Assembly: GCA_051439425.1 (NCBI GenBank)
Contig: JBFRWD010000046.1
Coordinates: 1-46,010, forward strand
Direction of reading: 5' to 3'
DNA: 46,010 nt
From: Synechococcus sp.
GTDB lineage: Bacteria; Cyanobacteriota; Cyanobacteriia; Thermostichales; PCC-7336
The notes under the pieces were generated by a model. The model made no database searches and was not told where the DNA came from. It saw only the letters and a program-made list of their open reading frames with translations. A program made the position numbers and the translations under genes. Shown here piece by piece: positions 42,597 through 46,010 of this stretch; position 1 is the first letter of the stretch, and each line of letters begins with the position of its first letter.

Positions 42597-43362
42597 AGAT
42601 GCAGAGAGGACTGTTCTCTATGTAGGAAACTGGATATTCCAATTGTCGGTGACAGCATCTATGCTTGGACGATCGCTCCTGAAAAGTTCATATCCATCAC
42701 GGTTAGAAGCGAAATGACTGCCACAACTGAAAGAACATGATTAAGCCAGTAGTGGCCCTTGTCCTAAACCCTCTCTTGAGTGCAGAGTCGGACTAACGGG
42801 GTCGCTGCAGCGAGCCTTTTGTGAAACTTTGCTTTGGGTTGGTTTTAGGACTCATCCCATCGCAAGAGTGCTAGCGACGTCGGGTTCTTTGATTCGTGGA
42901 CTTTGTCTTCTTCGCACCAACACGAAACCATGAATATGCCAACCAAAGGATGGTGGTGACGAGGGCAACTCAAGGCAGTTCGCCAATCGGCAACGATCTC
43001 GCGCAGTTCATTCGATGTGTGTGGGGCGGAGGCCAGCCAGGAAATGAGGCCACTATTAACCAGGAGGAGCCCCTCAAGCAGGATTGCCGCAATAAGAAAA
43101 AACAGGAGATGGTTTTGCGGTCGTTCATTCAAACTCATCCCTGATGAGCCCAAAAGTCTCAAGGTCTGTTACCACAGATGGCAGCCACAGCAAGTGCCCC
43201 GTCATGGAGTCACAGGCCAACGCTTAAAGGATAAGAGCAGGTGTTGTGTCACGGTTGTTGGAGAGATTCGATCTGCGATTTTAGTCGCCTCAAGATTCAA
43301 ACGCTCGTAAATGGGCTCATCGCCGCTGGCGAACGAGTGCGAGCGCGAACGGAGGCCCTCAA

Positions 43363-43540
43363 GGAGTAATTAACCTTGAGGCTGATTTTTATGAATTTGC
43401 CTCCTTCCTTCCCATTGACTGAAACCAAGGCAATAGCTATGGTTTCAGTCATGCAGAAACCTCCTCACTAGCGGCGAGGATTTTCAATATAAAAGCGTAG
43501 TCAAATGCCTTTTCTCGCAGTCTGGTATGACGAGCAGCAG
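43363..43540 (-). mobile_element. Possible IS right-end remnant, family unassigned
   Basis: Replaces the 3' part of the methyltransferase; short frame RHTRLREKAFDYAFILKILAASEEVSA*, hairpin TGACTGAAACCA..TGGTTTCAGTCA, and CCTCAAGG..CCTTGAGG. Confidence 0.35.
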
Positions 43541-43948
43541 AACCCTTCGCAGTGTAATCAGCCGATCTGAAGGTGTGAGGAGAAAGAAGCTATTCCAGCC
43601 AATAAGTCCATCGAAACTTTCAGCCAAATCTACCTTTCGCAAATCGCACAGATACCATGTGTTTCCTGGGAAACACTGCATTGCAATCTCAAGCATAGAA
43701 CTTGAGAAATCAACGCCTGTTACTCGGAAATTACTTGAGATGAAATGGCTGGCTATCGGTTCCCCAGAACCACATCCGAGATCGAGGATGCGGGCTCCTT
43801 GATGAAGACATTGGGTAAATCGGTCAAGCCATTTTCGCTCGTGTAAATTCTTAGACCTCTGACTGTCAAAGGCTACAGCGTTACGTTCGTATACTTCTTG
43901 CGTTCTCTTTTCTACAGCCTTGAAGTCAGTCAAGATAGTCTCACTCAA
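43484..43948 (-). pseudogene. Class I SAM-dependent methyltransferase, 3'-truncated cassette gene
   Basis: ILDLGCGSG, VTGVDFS, FDGLIGWNSFF; recognisable sequence stops near 43545. Confidence 0.75.
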
Positions 43949-43966
43949 GCACTAATATTATTAGGT

Positions 43967-44057
43967 GGCTAACGTTCGAGATAACTGAGTCGCGATCGCT
44001 GATTATCCATTCAAAAACCGCTCGATTGTGTGATTTCGGTTCATTGCATTATTATGC
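43967..44057 (-). mobile_element. attC site (91 bp), R'' degenerate (GCATAAT)
   Basis: GCATAAT-AATGC-AATGAACCGAAATCAC...TCGCGACTCAGTTATC-TCGAAC-GTTAGCC; upstream gene's TAA lies in R''. Confidence 0.75.
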
Positions 44058-44603
44058 ATCCTTCTTAACACAGTACTTTAGCTGGACGAACCCAAACTCA
44101 TACCGCTTTGCGTCAATACAAGACAAAGTTATATCAGTCTTCAACGAACCAAACAGTGAGATGCCCTCCCCAAGCAAGATTGGAATAATAGTTATTGTTA
44201 GTTCATCGACAAGCCCTGCTGAGAGAAACCGCTGAATCGTGTTACCGCCGTCAATGTAGATGTGATTGATGCCATTGCGCGATAGCCGTTTGCATAATGT
44301 GCTTGGGTCTTCAGATGAGTGGGTAACGGTGTCCGGGATTCCGTCTGGGAATGTAATGGGATTGCTGCTCAACACGATCGTGGGTGTTTCACCGTATGGC
44401 CACGGGCCAAATGAAAGCACTTTTTCGTATGTCTTGCGGCCCAGGATCAGGGTGTCGACTGTTTGCATCAGCGATCGATAGCCGCAATCTTCACCTGCCG
44501 GGACAGTCACGTTGGCAGCGTCGAGCCAATCAAGGTCACCATTTGTGCGTGCGATGTAGCCGTCGAGGCTTGTTGCGATAAAAACAGAGACTTTTAGCCC
44601 CAT
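44052..44603 (-). CDS. Dihydrofolate reductase / RibD C-terminal family protein (cassette)
   Basis: IATSLDGYIA, LGRKTYE, IYIDGG, IPILLGEGISLF; flanked by two attC sites. Confidence 0.9.
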   Translation of the reverse strand: MGLKVSVFIATSLDGYIARTNGDLDWLDAANVTVPAGEDCGYRSLMQTVDTLILGRKTYEKVLSFGPWPYGETPTIVLSSNPITFPDGIPDTVTHSSEDPSTLCKRLSRNGINHIYIDGGNTIQRFLSAGLVDELTITIIPILLGEGISLFGSLKTDITLSCIDAKRYEFGFVQLKYCVKKDA

Positions 44604-44637
44604 AGATCACCAGTTACTTGATGCGTAATGTCTTCGA

Positions 44638-44744
44638 GGCTAACGCTCGCAGTCAGGGGCTTGCCGGAGTGGGGGGAGGCTTGTGCTATCAACCACAAAC
44701 GAACACCGCGGAAGGTAAATCCATCTCAATTGCCATTGTTATGC
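44638..44744 (-). mobile_element. attC site (107 bp)
   Basis: GCATAAC-AATGG-CAATTGAGATGGATTTACC...GGCAAGCCCCTGACTG-CGAGC-GTTAGCC. Confidence 0.72.
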
Positions 44745-44884
44745 CCTTTCTTAAAAAATATATCTAGTCTTCGGGTAGTTACAATCATTGCTTATACCTC
44801 GAAAGAACAGTAGAATTTATTTACGAATCACAATAGTTTTTCTGTTTAGTATTCGAGCCACTAGCAAGAATAGGAGTTGTAAAT

Positions 44885-45100
44885 ATGTCTTTAGAGCAAC
44901 TCGAAGCTTTTTTAAAGAAAATGCAGTCGGAACCCGACCTAACAAAAGAGGTTGTCGCTGAATCAACAGCAGATGATGTAGCGCGTATAGCTCTAAAACT
45001 TGGTTATGAATTTTCAGGTGATGAATTATTGAGAATGTCAGGCAAAAAAATTGGCAAGGTTACTGTTAAGAAAACCGATCTTCCTGGAGAGTACAATTAG
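44885..45100 (+). CDS. Nif11-like leader peptide family protein
   Basis: MSLEQLEAFLKK..TADDVARIALKLGYEFSGDEL; AGGAG RBS. Confidence 0.85.
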   Translation: MSLEQLEAFLKKMQSEPDLTKEVVAESTADDVARIALKLGYEFSGDELLRMSGKKIGKVTVKKTDLPGEYN

Positions 45101-45305
45101 ATTATTTTTAAATATTTGACAGAAAAAGCATACGAATACTAATCGCCATACTTGCCTCAAACCAAGAGTGTCTTGACTCGAATAACCTCTCTCTTTAACA
45201 GCTCTCATAACTCCTTGTTTGCATATTGTCCTTGAGCTCAGCGCTACCATATAAATTTTGAGATCGAAGAACGATAGTTTGGCATCCCCTACAGTGAATG
45301 GTTAG

Positions 45306-45486
45306 GGCTAACGATCGACTCGCTGTAGCCAGATTGATTCTCGCTCTCGCAAGTCAATAGCCTCCATTTCCTCCAAAGAACTGAAGGACTGCAGAAGCCT
45401 ATTGATTAGCGAGCTCAGGCGGTCCTCCGATTCTACTGACAGAAGCGAACCGGCAGCATTAGGCCCCGTACATCGATTTGTTATGC
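45306..45486 (-). mobile_element. Degenerate or chimeric attC (R'' GCATAAC 45486-45480; R' GTTAGCC 45312-45306)
   Basis: Both cores present with an attC-like start GCATAACAAATCGATGTAC, but the arms pair poorly and the span is 181 bp. Confidence 0.45.
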
Positions 45487-45499
45487 AGCGATCTCGGTG

Positions 45500-45919
45500 T
45501 CAGTTGGGATCGCTTTTTTCTCGGATGAGCAGGTACCAGGCGATAAGAGCCAACACAGGATCGAGAATTGCGAACATTGCGAGCATGTGCGGGAAGATGC
45601 CGGACATTGCTAGGGGAACAAGAACGAGGGGGACCAGGACAATTCGATCCAGTACCGACGCAGCCACAATTTGCCTGCTGCTTGCTCTGCCACCAAAGAA
45701 GTAGAACCAACCAATAACGGTGACGGTCATACCCAGAACCCGCACTAAGGCTGCTTCCCTACCCACAAACTCCGAATCCAAAAGAAGAGTTTGCACTGCA
45801 CCCGGCCAGATCAGGAGCAAAGCCCCCGCAGACATGTAAATGATGCCGTTTAGCAATGTGAACTTCGAAGAAGGTGCCAGGTTCGACGGCGATTCCAACA
45901 GGTCTGCAATTAAAGACAT
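45500..45919 (-). CDS. Hypothetical four-TM membrane protein (cassette-like)
   Basis: Four hydrophobic helices, AAGGA RBS; ends 13 bp before an attC R'' core. Confidence 0.75.
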   Translation of the reverse strand: MSLIADLLESPSNLAPSSKFTLLNGIIYMSAGALLLIWPGAVQTLLLDSEFVGREAALVRVLGMTVTVIGWFYFFGGRASSRQIVAASVLDRIVLVPLVLVPLAMSGIFPHMLAMFAILDPVLALIAWYLLIREKSDPN

Positions 45920-46010
45920 GCCGCTTGTCCTTTTGCGATTTACTGTCTTTCTCGAATCATAAGGTGCTCGTAACGGGGTTGGGATGCATAAAGTATGCTA
46001 GCTTCCTGGG

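Noticed and set aside
42791..43162. GACTAAC as another attC core, and the 105-aa ORF
   Set aside because: No complementary arm found; the ORF looks like a junction of fragments with only a hydrophobic N-terminus.
44052..44603. Trimethoprim-resistance dfrA cassette
   Set aside because: Motifs fit the RibD-C/DHFR-like family rather than a classical DfrA.
44885..45100. Prochlorosin/lanthipeptide cluster
   Set aside because: No Cys, no GG motif, no lanM or transporter in the window.
571..45710. Many short antisense or overlapping ORFs in the track
   Set aside because: They shadow well-supported genes and show no motifs.

Overview
Cyanobacterial chromosomal window (many HIP1 GCGATCGC octamers, cyanobacterial IS types, an NtcA box). 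The housekeeping core contains a sugar ABC operon, a GAF-HD-GYP gene, two glycosyltransferases, cobM, speB, khpA-rpsP, an M48 peptidase, MscS, pyrB, the carboxynorspermidine genes and hypFCD. Both ends carry decayed integron-type cassettes on the minus strand: attC hairpins at 1203-1265, 43967-44057 and 44638-44744, plus half-sites at about 45306, 45480 and 45957. No integrase lies in the window. Highlights: (1) a four-gene module of sigma-like protein, DUF1822, CHAT protease-CHASE2 sensor and DUF928, which looks like a protease-controlled transmembrane signalling system; (2) the attC arrays, one unit of which holds a Nif11-leader gene; (3) a frameshifted secreted peptide made of 3x24-aa repeats; (4) an exactly spaced NtcA promoter upstream of the glycosyltransferases; (5) an IS1-truncated cadherin protein with an embedded nucleoside-hydrolase-like domain. 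Family calls come from motif recognition by eye, with no database searches. Several single-base frameshifts could be assembly errors.
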